Of a stretch of 64,000 nt of DNA, positions 1-12,802 are shown in pieces. A program made the position numbers and the translations under genes. The stretch lies in the NCBI GenBank assembly GCA_051530055.1, contig CM121342.1:1336797-1400796 (forward strand), read 5' to 3'. This DNA is from Neoechinorhynchus agilis. Lineage: Eukaryota > Animalia > Acanthocephala. The notes beneath the pieces were generated by a model. The model was not told where the DNA came from. It did no database searches and was given only the letters and a program-made list of their open reading frames with translations. Position 1 is the stretch's first letter. Every line of letters starts with the position of its first letter.

Positions 1-1030
1 GGCGTCCCAGAAAAGGCATTTGCCTCCCCTCGCCACGGGAATACTGTGACACCGTCCGGTCTACGGCCATCGAGTCGGCAAAGATTGCTCGGCTCTCAGA
101 TGTTGGGCGCATTCACAGTATTCAGGGCACGATTAAGAAATGAGTTTACTTCAACGTGCCGTGAGCAATTCCGCCTGATTGCCGACATACGAGACCATGG
201 CGTCCTAATGGTTCCAGGGTCGCTCCTTAACGGCTGCGATGGGATGTCGGTACTCCTAATCTGCATTCTTTACGGACTCGTCGGAGAGAAGAATACTCAC
301 AGAAGCGCTCGGGATAGCGTTGAGCCAAGCACCCGATTCTCTTGTAGAGACTGCCCCCCAATCAAGCTCGGTTCACCAGGTCACGAGAATCTTAAATTAG
401 AGAGTTATGGATTCTCGCTACCAGGGGGTGAGTCCCAAACTGATTGTTTGCAACCATTGACGGGTACCTACTCGCTGCCCTGGATCTCCACACCAAAGAT
501 TAAGCGCCTACACGAAATCTTCATCCAAAGTGTAATTCTCGCCAAGAACGGGTTGAACTATTTTGCGGCTTGCTTTATGCGACCTAAAATTAGCTGGCAG
601 AGAAATATCGGCTGCTTTTCGGATACCCAAAAAGGCGGACGACAATGGCAAGGACGCTTGACGCCACGCCTCGTCCGACACCGTCTGGTCTAACTTTGCC
701 AGCTTATCCTTATGTCTAAAAAGGCGCTGTGCGCAGCTTATACAACAATTTTGGAATGAAGAGGATGTTCTTGATCAGGAACAGAGCGTCGTGTGAAGAT
801 AATTCATTAATTCGTTCGCACAGCACCGAAAGTTGCGGTTGAAGATTGGCAATCGCAGAATCCGGAAGGATGTACAAACTTATAACCGTACGGTCTTGGG
901 GCATTGAGCGCAGACCAGCGCTTTCCAGACCGAAATCAATAGACTGTGTGTCCCCATCTGGCCGTGTATGGAAAAAATGTATCAAAAGACTACCAGCTGA
1001 GCCATATATAAAAATTCTAAAAAATCGCTA
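1..1030 (-). mobile_element. CRE-type (restriction-like endonuclease) non-LTR retrotransposon fragment, degenerate
   Basis: Minus strand reads the RT thumb (HDALFLIKNILFIPKLLYKLRTAP, ORF 716-985) and the RLE region (RHGEVNSFLNRALNTVNAPNI...DGRRPDGVTVFPWRGGKCL). It is a sister copy of 16.3-17.1 kb and 62.8-63.4 kb. Confidence 0.75.
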
Positions 1031-1699
1031 ATAGCTTTTAAGTCAGATTGTTCCTCGTGTTCCGATATCAGGACCAAGAACGAAATCCTTAAGAGAACGT
1101 ACTTTTTCATAGATCGTTTCCTTCGATTAAAAAATTACTTAAAGTTTTGGACTTTTATAAGGAAACAAGGATATGGTTGTCATATTTTATTTCATCAAAT
1201 GATTCATCAATGCTTTTTCCAAGGTGCACAACCAACCTGCGATTGTTGCAGTAACCAACACGGTGATCTTTAGGTCAAAGGTGCCTGAAAATATTCGAAC
1301 ATTAAACATCGAATATTCACACTCATCCACCACAATAGAAGGTTTTTAGGTTTCAGAAAATTTGTAATATTTTGCGAAGTCAAATCTTGGACCAGAAAGA
1401 TGTCAAGATAAACTTGATTGAATGGTGAAATTCCTATTTTAGAGCACTAATATTCAAGGTAGGACTTCTCCGGAAAGTCCACATCGTACGAAAAGTAATG
1501 TCGCCTAAAACTTAATAAACTGTTTAAAAAATTGAACAACCTTCGACCTTTAATAAAATAGATTAAAACGAAAAATTTAATAATAAATGATGTAACCTTG
1601 AAAATGAGACAATGATTACACGACATTTTTCTTATTTCGCATAAAGGAAAGTTTTCAAGAACAATTTTGTTTCCTTGAAAAATTCAGATTGCAATTTAA

Positions 1700-2433
1700 A
1701 TTTCTACAAAAAAAGCCGGCAGCGATCGAACCTGTTCAAAAAATAAGGAACGCTTCACGATTTTAGGTTTCATCCTTACGCAGGCGCCACAGGGAAGCTT
1801 TCGGAAATAAATCGGAATAATAATCCATCAATACTAATTTAGATCGAAAAAGACGATCCTCGGTTAAAAAAGTACTTTTTTTAGAAAAAGGTGCTTCTCA
1901 AAAAAGAAAAGCCGCAGTTGCAATGGATCGACTTTGAAATCTCAATAGTTAGAAAAGCTGACGGCGATCGAAACTGTTCAAAGAATATGGAACGCTTCAC
2001 GATTTTGCGTGTCATCCTTGCGCAGGGGACACAGAGAGCTTTCCCGAAACTACTAGGAATAATAATTGATCAGTACTAGTTAATATCGAAAAAGACGATC
2101 CTCGGTTAAAAACGTGCTTTTTTTTATAAAAATTTGTTTTAAAAAAAATAAAAAAGTTAAATTGAAATCGATCGACTCATTGAAATCTCAATAATTAAAA
2201 AAAGCTGGCAGCGATCGAAACTGTTCAACAAATATTGAACGCTTCACAATTTTGCATGTCATCCTTGCGCAGGGGCCACACAGAAGCTTTCGGAAATAAA
2301 TCGGAATAATAATTGATAAATACTAATTTATATTGAAAAAGACGATCCTCGGTTTAAAACGTGCTTTTTTAGAAAAAGTTGTTTCTGAAAAAAGAAAAAA
2401 GTTAGAATTATAATCGATCGACTCTTTGAAATC
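1700..2433 (-). repeat. Decayed ~242-bp U6-derived tandem repeat (about 3 units, no full U6 gene)
   Basis: Degenerate reverse-complement U6 3' halves (ggaacgcttcacgattttgcgtgtcatccttgcgcagg) near 1740, 1982 and 2228, with the same flank as the arrays at 18 kb and 41 kb. Confidence 0.9.
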
Positions 2434-2640
2434 TGGAGTGGAGACTCTTGGTGCGCTGGGTAGCTCGGCACTTAGATTTACGAAGGAATTATCGAGTAGA
2501 CTCCAGGCCAAGACAGGAAATACAAGAGCTGGTGCCTTACTGCGCCAAAAGATTGGTCTCGCGATCAAAAGAGGAAACGCAGCGACCGCGGTCGCGACCA
2601 TTAAGGGGAGAGCGATGCCTTTTCATCGTGGACGGTGGTG
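2434..2640 (+). mobile_element. 3' terminal fragment of a CRE-type LINE interrupting the U6-derived repeat
   Basis: GVETLGALGSSALRFTKELSSRLQAKTG...LRQKIGLAIKRGNAATAV is the typical RLE C-terminus (cf. 20334-20520). The junction is abrupt inside the repeat unit. Confidence 0.7.
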
Positions 2641-3278
2641 ATTGTTAAAACGTTTTGTTGTTGTGCGTGTAAATGATAAACCTTTTTTGCTCAAAAAAAA
2701 GAAAAAAATCGTTATCTTTAAAAATAAAAAATATAACCAATATGTTATAAAATCGGATCTTTTAATATGAAAGACAATTTTACTTGATGCAGGTTCTTTA
2801 TGATTGGCTTTTCGTACTCATATACTTTCTTATAGTGTGAAGATTAAAATATTAATGTTTTATATGAGTGAAAAAATCGAATTCATTTAATAAATTATTT
2901 CATTTTTTTCGGCCATATAAAAAGCAAGACCAACTTAAAGGTTTTCGAATATAAGTCTTTATTAGAGTCCGTAATTATACTGGGCACTTTCGACGTTGAT
3001 ATTTTACAAATACTGAACAGCCATTAGAACCGTACTACTTAAATACTAAAATTCTATTTTGAAATTCTGACGTGTTCACCGAAAAAATCATCTTTTAAAA
3101 ATTGTATTTAACAAAAGAAAGACCTATCTTTCGAATTGAAAACTAATTATCAACGATGCCTTGAAGTAGTATTATGTAATTATTTTTTTCATTTTGAGTT
3201 TTAATTTACTAGTGTGACTGTCTCAACTCCTATAATTCTCATATATTCTCAATAAAGATATAGTTTATATAAAAACCT

Positions 3279-3675
3279 TTACATTTGTAAACTCATCAGA
3301 CGAAATGTTATTCCTTTAGACGGTGTTTCGTGGAAAGATTGTGGAGCATTGTTGTGCTTTCCAAGAACCTGTATCAAAAATCCAGTGTATTTTTTATCCA
3401 TAGACTCTCTGATACTCATGACAATATCACAAAAGAGTCCATCCATAAGTTCAAGCTAAAAGTTTTAGTTTTACTAGATAATCGAAGATAATTTCTAGCC
3501 TTACGGTAATAAAAGATTGATGAACTCCATCAACAAATAATTGCAAAACGTGCTTTCTCACAATAAGATGTTCGAAAATTGACCCACCAATCTCTTTACA
3601 TATGATCTTCTTTGATTTGTCCACAATGCCTTGGACTATTGCTGTGTTTAAAAAAGTCTCTGGTTGGGTATTCAT
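3279..3675 (-). CDS. 2-exon orphan protein, 115 aa (exons 3675-3505, 3455-3279), divergent paralog of the 10067/14481 genes
   Basis: ATG start and a phase-0 GTAAGG...TTTTAG intron of 49 nt at the same position as in the paralog. Spliced product MNTQPETFLNTAIVQ...HQSFIT|LELMDGLFCDIVMSIRES aligns with MYSPSDTYLNTEIIQ...PTVIT|LELIDGRFCDILMNIRES with conservative substitutions. Confidence 0.75.
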
Positions 3676-5052
3676 GTGATCACTAGAAGCTTTATATTAG
3701 TGATTTTAAATGCTCACCTGCTTAAACTGAGTCGATAAATATATTTGTCACTATGGATACTGTTGAAATTTTCTATCATATACCCTAATACTTACGAGTT
3801 TTGAGATTTTAGAATTCATGATTTAGCACATTTCATATTTTATGCATTTTTATTGGATGTGATCTAATTTAGTTAACCATTAATATAACACCATCTTGCT
3901 TCAACTAGTTCATATCGACTGACCTTATGGAAATTTTTGTAATGTTAAGTTGACTAGTCGATCAAAAATACAAAAACATTTTGGTTAATGGAATATGATT
4001 ATAGTTTTCATTTGTATAAAAAATGAAAAAAAAACATAATATATTTTTAACAATTCAAACAATCTGTTTGAAGCACACTCACCACCTCCCGCCAATTATA
4101 TTTTACACAAAATTTTATCTTCTGGATTATACATTTCTATGTCGAGATCATCGGACGCTTTTTCCGCTTCAATAATTTGAGAGATCGAAGCTCTCAGATA
4201 CCATTTAAAACCCCGCAGCGCTCTTAAAGTTTGGGCAATCATTAATATGACAATGAGCGAAATCTATTCGATTTTGATATTATGAACTTGGCTACTTAAG
4301 TAGTCTCTTAAATTTCAGCTATATTCATTTATCCGTGTTACATAACTCTCTAAATATGCATAAAAAGAGCTTTATGAATGTTTCTTATGGGAATAATATC
4401 AAAAATCGATGATTAAAGAAATTTAAAAGTAATAATTCTCCAACAAAATCACCTCTTGGCGTACTAAGGAGAGCAATTGTACTTTTAAGTGTTTTATTGA
4501 AAAACGAAATTTGTTAAAAAGCGCGTCGTTGTAACGAAAAATATCGGAATAAAATGCATAATTCCAAATTCATGTCAAGAGTTCATTTATTTCCATTTAG
4601 GTTACAAAAGACGAAAGGAACTATCTTTATTGATAACTTTCATAGTTGTTTATTACTTTAAAAAACGTGTTCAAATGTTCAAAAACACAGTTCTCCTACG
4701 TGACGAAAGAGGAACTAAAATGGACGAATTGTTTTTATTCGGTTAAATTGAGACAATAGAATAGTTGGTATTTTGAACGAAGACTTCACGCAATTTAATT
4801 TTACGTCATTGATCTCCCGAGAAACTTCTGGATCCATGCTATCGATGCTTGAATTGCAATCTGATTTCACATCACCGGACACCTTTCTTTGGTCGGTTCT
4901 TTGTCTTGTTGGTGAAGTCTTTTTTCTTCGATGCTTCGAATTTGTTTCATTATCCGCGTCCTCCTGCAGTTACATTGCATGTTTTCTTAAATCTTTTGGG
5001 TTGAGATTCCTCTTTTATTTTGATTACAATTCGATTCGTTATTTGGAAACAT

Positions 5053-5805
5053 TTAACTCAAGATATCTATCAGTCCGGCCTTTCGTATTTCGTTAAAGCT
5101 AATTTTTCCTTTTAGAATATCTTCAAAAGCATTCTTTGCCCGAGCGCCACTTATGACTTTGTAACTTGAGTCCAGGCTCATCATCAACCGTCGACGGAGA
5201 ATAATGAGTTTTGACGGTTTTGCGATAGTTGATTTGGAGGTTACGGTGCTTTTATCTATTAACTTATTCCAACTTTGATCTTGAACACCGCGTATCTTTG
5301 TGGAGGTCCCAGGTTGATGTTCTTCATTTGCGCGTTTCTTGGTCTCAGTATCGGTCCAATTCTGTTTTAAATCCTTTTTCGCATTGTCAAAAACTGATTT
5401 AATTTTAGAGGCCAATTGTTTTATGAGATCTTCGAGAATTGCATTGTCCTTAATTTGTTTTATCCGGTATAAAATCCGTATTAGTTTCGATTCGCAGTAT
5501 TCGGCCATTGTCGCATTCATTTGAAGAACTTTATGCAAGATACCGGATACCTATTTCTTGTTTTCGACTTTGTAATCTTCGTTCAATGCCATTCCAAGCT
5601 TTCTAGGAAGCCCCCGAAGATGATTTCCGAACATTTTACACGGTGGATCTTCTTTGTTCGGTACCTTCCTTTTGGCCATTTCTTTATCTATGTCTTGAAG
5701 TAGTCGTTCCCAAGTTGATGGCGCAAAATTTACAGTTGGAAACTTCTTGTATTTTGGTAGTCTGCTGTGGTTTGCTACCAATATTTTCTTGAATTGTATC
5801 CTCAA
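5053..5805 (-). pseudogene. ~250-codon Lys-rich reading frame broken by one TAG (5551-5553); unknown protein, pseudogene or mini-intron gene
   Basis: ORFs 5551-5805 and 5053-5538 are in the same frame and separated by a single stop. No recognisable motif. Confidence 0.35.
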
Positions 5806-6356
5806 TTTAAGGAGGAACCAGTTTATACTCGAGGGCTATTCATTGCTAGTATTTTGCTCGACCATTTTGGAACAATTCACAATTAAGAATAGCGTAAACT
5901 GTAACCGATTAAATCAATAATTCTCGTAGATTCCGTTTCGGAAACAAGTTTGTGTGTAATTTCTTGTTTTTATTTAAAATATTTTTTTCATTTTCATACA
6001 CGTTATTTTCATTGCTTGCCTTTTCGTTTTCAAATCTCTAAGATTTTGAAATAATTATCACATATCAGTAAAACAAAAACATAAGAAAATACTCAATGAG
6101 AAAGGATTGCTCAAATTTCCTGAAGAGCAGGAAACAGCCATTAATGAAAAGTGAAGTTTTTCATTTGATATCAATTCACAATTGAGCCCCAATTAACAAT
6201 CAACTAAATCGTCTGAACAAACTGAAGATATAAATGACGCTGCCGTTGACGTTGATTCAAACGAAGATAGGCTAATCGAGTATCGAACGCCACTTTTTAT
6301 CAGCTGATTTTCAAACTTCATTAGAGGCTAAGAGTCAAATTGAAATCGTTAGTAAC

Positions 6357-7160
6357 TTGAGTGAGATTTCCATCTCGTATATTCGGCTAAAGTTCACATC
6401 GAGTACAGACAACTTTGTTTTTGTGATCCACTCAACTGGCCAAGACCAACTCTTATGGCTAAATATTCTGCTGCGCAGTAACGTGAGACGATTTCACGTG
6501 CTACGAAATGAAATCAGAAGCTCATGTTTCTATGTAGTCAATGCTACCTTTTACAGAACAAAGTTCAATTGTCCTGTAGCTGAGAGCGGACCAATGCTTG
6601 CTCGTATTGTAGATTTTGGTGGAAGCGTCAGAATCTGGGATGATTTCATATTTGAATGTCCTGAAGTGGTTAAGTATTTTCCGGAAATAGCTTTCCACTG
6701 TAAACTCTCGGGCGTCAATTTCAGCATTAACGATTATCCGTTTGGGGTTCAAATTCTCATGGGAATGGCTATGGTAGGTGCATTTAAAGTTAGCTGTGTA
6801 CAAGATGATGATAGGAACCAGCCCGTTGATCTCGTCCAATTGTGGAAAGTTCATGGACAGTTTAAAGTAGATCCTGAAAACTTTATTCAAGTCGACCAAA
6901 ATATGTTCATTTCCTTCTTAGGTGCTTTATTTACAAAATACTTAAGATTTAAGATACCACTTAAATCGCCGGTCGTACGAGAAGTTTCGGCGTTTACATG
7001 CTTGAATCTGTTCGAGATCCAACCCATGAAAGCCATCGAAAATCAATCAATAAGCTTTCAATTTCAAGATCGATTAATTACGAACAGAAGAGAGCAATCG
7101 AAGATAACACAAAACTCGAGTTTGGCGATGTTTTCCCCCCCGGATTGTTGTTGGTATTGA
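6357..7160 (+). CDS. Uncharacterised 267-aa ORF; its 3' end runs into a foldback element
   Basis: This is a long ORF for such AT-rich DNA. The start is a non-ATG codon, so the true 5' end is unknown. The last ~15 codons come from the repeat starting at 7116. Confidence 0.45.
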   Translation: MSEISISYIRLKFTSSTDNFVFVIHSTGQDQLLWLNILLRSNVRRFHVLRNEIRSSCFYVVNATFYRTKFNCPVAESGPMLARIVDFGGSVRIWDDFIFECPEVVKYFPEIAFHCKLSGVNFSINDYPFGVQILMGMAMVGAFKVSCVQDDDRNQPVDLVQLWKVHGQFKVDPENFIQVDQNMFISFLGALFTKYLRFKIPLKSPVVREVSAFTCLNLFEIQPMKAIENQSISFQFQDRLITNRREQSKITQNSSLAMFSPPDCCWY

Positions 7161-7595
7161 TCATTTATTTAAAATATTTCCTAAGCTTTTTGCTTACCTC
7201 TTCAGTTATATCTACAAATTAAGCTAAAGTCAAAATTGGACTATAGGCGTGGATCCGGGGGTTCGCCAAGCCGTACCAGCTGCGGCGTGGACTTCGGACG
7301 AGCATTAATAATACAGCCTATTGCTAATTTATGGAGGAGAATGGTAATGGAGGCAATATACTTCACAGGGAATGTAACCGTGGACGGTAACAAAGCGAAT
7401 CATATGCTGGTACTTCCGAAAATTCTTGACAAAACGAAAACGTTAGACGCGGATCCACGCCTGTAGTCCAATTTTGACTTGTAGCTTAATTTGTAGATAT
7501 AACTGAAGAGGTAAGCAAAAAGCTTACGAAATATTTTAAAATAAATGATCAACACCACCAACAACAATCCGGGGGAAAAACATCACCAAACTCGA
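7116..7595. mobile_element. Foldback/MITE-like element with ~140-bp inverted arms (7116-7257 / 7450-7595)
   Basis: The arms are imperfect reverse complements (e.g. tctacaaattaagct...ggcgtggatccg / cggatccacgcc...agcttaatttgtaga). The arm sequence is related to the hairpins at 33624, 44281 and 50702. Confidence 0.8.
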
Positions 7596-8549
7596 ATCAA
7601 ATTCACCCCGACGACAATTCTCTATGATATAACACAAAATGAAGTTTTCGATAAACGAATTATTGGTAAGGATCAAACTACGATCGTTCCAACTACGTTG
7701 CGGCGATCGTATCAAAGAAAATGATGACAAACTTCGACTGAGCAATTTTATCCACAATTTTCCAATGCAATTTGTGTTTTGTACCAAAACCTTAGCCTGC
7801 GTTGCATGCGTTCAATCGCCTCGCAAGTTCGACGTTTAGAGAGAAGATGCAATAAAATCTTAATTTCGATTATATCAAAGTGTTAAACAGGTATTACTCG
7901 GGTCTTGCCAAACAAACAATCGTTGATCGAGCAGAATTGAAGGATAGTCATATTTACGGGGTCCATCTAATAATAGCACGTTTATTTGTTAATTAAAAAA
8001 GAATATGTCCCATGTATCTTTTGGTTATTGTCCGAGAGTGAATGTATTGTAGGCGATTGTCAAGATAAGAGGCCAGCCAGTTGATCCACCACAAGTTGAG
8101 ACCCAAAATCGGAACAAGCCTGAAGAAGTAGCCGAATGGAATGAATCGGGCGAAATGAGAGGGATTATCGTCGGGGAAGCGTAGGAGAGTGTCGTAAATG
8201 CAAAGTCCGTTGCCGAAGATAGTTCAATTTTTTCGGATATCATAACCTGGAATGAACCAGTGGAAAGATCTAACCTAGAAAACTCACGGGCAAACAATTA
8301 CCGCCAGTCCCGAGGACTTCAAGATTTACAATCTTGCAGCTCCGAGATACTACTGGATCTGTCGGTGCTAGTTAAAATATTGAGAAGCTTACAACTTCCA
8401 CTCTATCGCTAAATGCTTAAGTGTTTTGTTGAGAGTTAGCATTGCTTAGATAATTAATACTAAAGGGTTTTAAAAATAAACACTCTTCCATAAACAATCC
8501 TGGAGTTTGACAAATTAAGTTTATTAAAAGCTTAAAGATTATCCATTAA

Positions 8550-8773
8550 TCACGGTCCTGTAAAGTTATTTTGGTTGCCTCCAGACATACCTCCCAAAAA
8601 ATATTCCGCTGGAAGCACTCCACGGCGGTATAAACCACCAGCACATCGCCTAAATTAGAATTAGTTAGTATTCTAGAACAAAGAAATAAATACATTATAA
8701 AGGCGGCCAGCAGACCAAAGAGTATAGTAATGCCACCAATCCCTAATGAAATATATAACCAGAGAAGATCCAT
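8550..8773 (-). CDS. 59-aa single-pass membrane micropeptide, copy 1 (exons 8773-8694, 8649-8550)
   Basis: 44-nt GT...CTAAT...TTTAG intron conserved in 3 paralogs. Spliced product: MDLLWLYISLGIGGITILFGLLAAFIM-RCAGGLYRRGVLPAEYFLGGMSGGNQNNFTGP. Confidence 0.7.
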
Positions 8774-10066
8774 CTTCTAAGTGATATAAAGTCCGTAAGG
8801 GTCTAGAGTAGTTGGTAAAGATTTTCAAGTCTAACCTAAAAACGAATTGCGTTGGTGAAACCGTAAAATAAATGTCAAAAAGTCATCTCGTAATACAAAA
8901 ATACGAAAACAAAGAAAAAATAAAATTCGTCTTGGTGTTAAAAACTTCAACTACTTAAATGTTGTGTATATCGAGGAACCTTCCAATAATTTGATCGCAT
9001 TTACTACAGAATATTAACTCTAGACTTTATTTTTCCCAATAAATATTTGCAGAAGTGTCGCCCTTGTTTGAAGATTAAATTGTTTATGTTTGCATCTGGC
9101 GTTAAAATTAAATTTTTTTATTGGTTCCAATATTTCGGCACAATCTTATTTCTTTATCAAGGTTGCTTGTAAGTTTTGAAATATGTAAGTTCGTCTATAG
9201 CAAAACCTACGAGCAACTTTGATAAAGGCATAAGATTCTGCCGAAATATTGGAACAAATAAATTCTTTTAATTTAAAACTATTATCTTCCAAATAAAAAA
9301 ATTGATGCTTAGAAAGGCTATGAATATGCTATGAAAATAAGGCATGACAAAGTTAATTAAACCGAATTGGAGCTTTGTCGAGATATTGATACTTTGTAAA
9401 CACTTCAGATCGCATTTAACCTTAGATTAAATCGATGGCTGTCATTTATGTCATCTTTAAGATAATAATCGTTTCAAGTTTTTTACAGTTCATAATATTT
9501 ATTGTGATTTATTGTAATGCTGACATGCTAATTTCTCGATTAAGACAGTCTCACATTACCGCGATGACTAATGTTTCACTGATGAAAATGCTAGAAATAG
9601 ACCGATTCAAAAATGAAATTATTTATTAATTGTAGTTTTTCTGCTTTATAAATACAAAAACAATTAAAGTAGTCTTTCTTAGATAAATGCATAAATCAAA
9701 TTTCTTAAGTATTTCAAGCTCCCATAAAAGTTCTCAGTCTTCAAAATAACCATTTTATGAGATTTAAAAGTTGTAAGAATAAAGTGTTTGCTCAATTCAA
9801 ATCCAAAGTTTTTAGAAACAAAAAATGACTACGTCGTGAAGACGAACATAAATTTGCGAATGAAATCACGTGCCTCCATCACCGACCCTTGAAACGAATC
9901 TCATTGGCTACAAGCTAAAAAAAGGGCAATACGAATAAAGTACATTCATGCAAAAAAGGGTTTATATCTTCTGGAGAAAAAAGTGTTCAGATAAACGTAT
10001 AGAAAAGTATTCATTTTCTTGCTCCTTCAAATTTTGCTTAAAAAACCGATCGCACTTTTTCGTAAG

Positions 10067-10426
10067 ATGTATTCTCCATCGGACACATATTTAAATACGG
10101 AAATAATCCAAGAATGCGTCAACAAGTCTAAAAATATTATTTGTAAGGAAATTCGAGTTACAAGATATTCTCATCTTATCGTTCGAAAGCACATTATTCG
10201 TCCTTGCATAGAAGGCGTACGTCCAACTGTCATAACGGTAAACCTCAGTTTTTTAAATCTTGATGAAAATTCCAATTTCTTTTAGCTTGAACTCATCGAT
10301 GGTCGTTTCTGTGATATTTTAATGAATATCAGAGAATCCAGTGAAGGAATATTCACTGGGTATTTTATGCACGTTTTGGCATTGAACAGCGCCCGTCCAC
10401 CTTCATTTGTAGAAAGACGCGACTAA
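10067..10426 (+). CDS. 2-exon orphan protein, 103 aa (exons 10067-10237, 10286-10426)
   Basis: ATG, 48-nt GTAAAC...TTTAG phase-0 intron, in-frame exon 2 ending TAA. Paralog at 3279-3675. Confidence 0.75.
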
Positions 10427-12802
10427 AAAGTTGCGTTTGAAATTAACCCAAGACAAATATTTGAACAAAAAAATTCATAACTTACAATTTTCAACAAAAA
10501 TTGTAATTGAATCATGCTAAATGTTTAATTATTATTTGTAAATATTGTTTACTTGTATCTAATAAATCCCCTAATAAATATGTAAAATTAACCTTGGATT
10601 TGTATAATTGACAACGACAGATAAATTGTTTCAGGCCAGCAAACGATACTTCATTAACTTTTACCATACAAGAAAACATGGCAATCACTTGCTTGCATTC
10701 GATGAAAAAGAATATTCGGCCGTGCCCAAAGAAAAATTATTGGCCGTGAAAAAGGGCACACCTAAAAAACATAAAATTGATGACTGCTCATTTAGTCTCG
10801 CTTTTGGACTAGGCCTTGGCGTGGCTTGCTTAATCCCTGCGACATGCAAGTGCTGTGCCAAAACCGACAGCATAAGAATCAACGGGTTCGATTGTCCCAA
10901 AACGATAGCCAAGACTATGGTCTCTCATCGAGCCGGTCGATTTAACCAGAGACGGCGAAAAAGACCGTCCCGTGGGAAATAGGTCGTCTCCTTTGCACTT
11001 CATCTACCCCCGAATGAAAATTGATTGAATACATTTATTTGATCATCAAAAAAACGTTGCCTATTTTTCTAGAGCAAATTGTCCCTTGCAGTTTCAGGAG
11101 TTCGCCGCTTTTACATTTTCCAACCATTCGCCATTGAGAGGATTGATGCTTTCGGACCAAGCGCCCCATAATTTTTAATATATGTAGGAAAATTGTTAGC
11201 CGATCAACAATAACACCGTGCAGCCAACTATTTTTGTGGGAGAATCAGCCTTGGGATTTCCAAAAGGATCAAAGCAATGGAGGGTAAACATATTCCTCCG
11301 TTTCGATCGGTACTTTTATAGATTATTTGCAAACTCAATATAAAGTCCCGGTTTTTAAAAAAAATTATGAAAGTGATTAAATACCCGTTTTCGCCGCGTA
11401 GTTTGCGGGTTGCTGAAATTTCGAGCAAGCATTTCAGCCAAAGCAGCGATCATATAAGACCCAATGAATTTTATGAGATTGCATGTGTTCCTCAGGTACG
11501 CGAGATCGCCGTTCCTTTGGCTCAGGGACCGTATGTCCACCTGCACTCGAGACTTATCTCAATAAAATATCTCTTTTATTCCTTAGGGGGAGTATGATCA
11601 CCACATCTCCAACTCTATCGTCCCGATGGAACGGCGATATTCGGATTTTAGAGTACTTTAGTCATTATTGCGACTAAAACGTCTAAATTGAAGTCTTGTC
11701 TTAAAATTGACATCTAGGTGGGCTGCTGTAATGATAAAGAAAATCTTTATTTTGAGCCTTCGTCGTCTTACGCCTCCTTCAGGAATCTACGAAATCAATG
11801 TCGTTACTTTAACTCACTTCACATCGCCGCGCGCCTTTGTAAATTAATGAAGAATGTGTAAAATGTGAAAAGCTCGAAAATAAAGATTTCTTTTTTCTTT
11901 ATCCATAGAATTCTACCCAAATGTCCATTTAATTTTCGACGTCTCTTTTTACTGCTTTCCAATGTCAATACAAGTAGTCGCGATGGCTACATTGCAGTTG
12001 TTTAGTTTTGCATTTCAAGCAGAAAAAACTTCCTTAATAGTTATTGGTAACATTAGATATTTCGACTTCGAATTAAATAATTTTTGCCGTTATAGCGAAA
12101 CGGATGTCTTCATCTTCAATGTTCTAATTGCCTCAAACTTTTAGACGGTTCTCATGGTGCCTTCTATTGCGCAAAATGTCATGGCATCAAGATTTGCGCT
12201 ATCTGGTAAGCTTTCTGTTAACATCGTCGTTGGGATGTAGAAACATTCCTGGGCTATCAAGAAATAGGAAAATTCGACTAGGTTTAAGCCTTTAGTGAAA
12301 TAAAAGCAACAACGTGATATTCATTTCAGTGTAATCTCCAAAAGTCGTAGTCGATCGTTATAGATCACTAAAGTTCCTCCCGCCAACAAAACATAATTTT
12401 GAAGAATGATTGTGAGGATTGGACTTTTGGCGAGTTACTGATGGTACAATTTGTGGTAAGTTGACTTGTCGTTTTTAGCCGTCAAATTCGGCATCGTTTT
12501 TATTTCCCTGCAATCCTTACCCAGAGTACAACAATGTTTATCTTTTGGCCTGCAGATTCTTGTTCTAAAAGAAGACTCCATTATTAGGTTCATGAGAAAT
12601 ATAAGTTCCTGCCTCTAAAAATTCATTATGCTTCACAAAGAAAAAACAAAAAGAGAAATAACAGAATTTGGGCATTTCTTTCAAATAAATTTTTGTGCAA
12701 ATATTTATTGCTTGTTTTATTTGTCGTTAAGAATAAAATAATAATCGAATAGGATAAAGGCATAGAAACGATTTCTTATTCCTTTTAAGGACTTTACACT
12801 AA

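Noticed and set aside
8025-8420. Coding region on either strand
   Set aside because: The plus frame looks protein-like but has a stop, no clear start and no motif; insufficient support.
8546-8773. Unspliced 75-aa versions of the micropeptide (also 15663-15890, 37482-37709)
   Set aside because: They read through an AT-rich segment with donor, branch-point and acceptor signals. The spliced frame gives better topology and conservation. The unspliced form is not fully excluded without RNA data.
10608-12620. Genes from ORFs 10608-10982 and the fragmented minus-strand frames to ~12620
   Set aside because: No recognisable motifs or paralogs, and no coherent splice model could be built.
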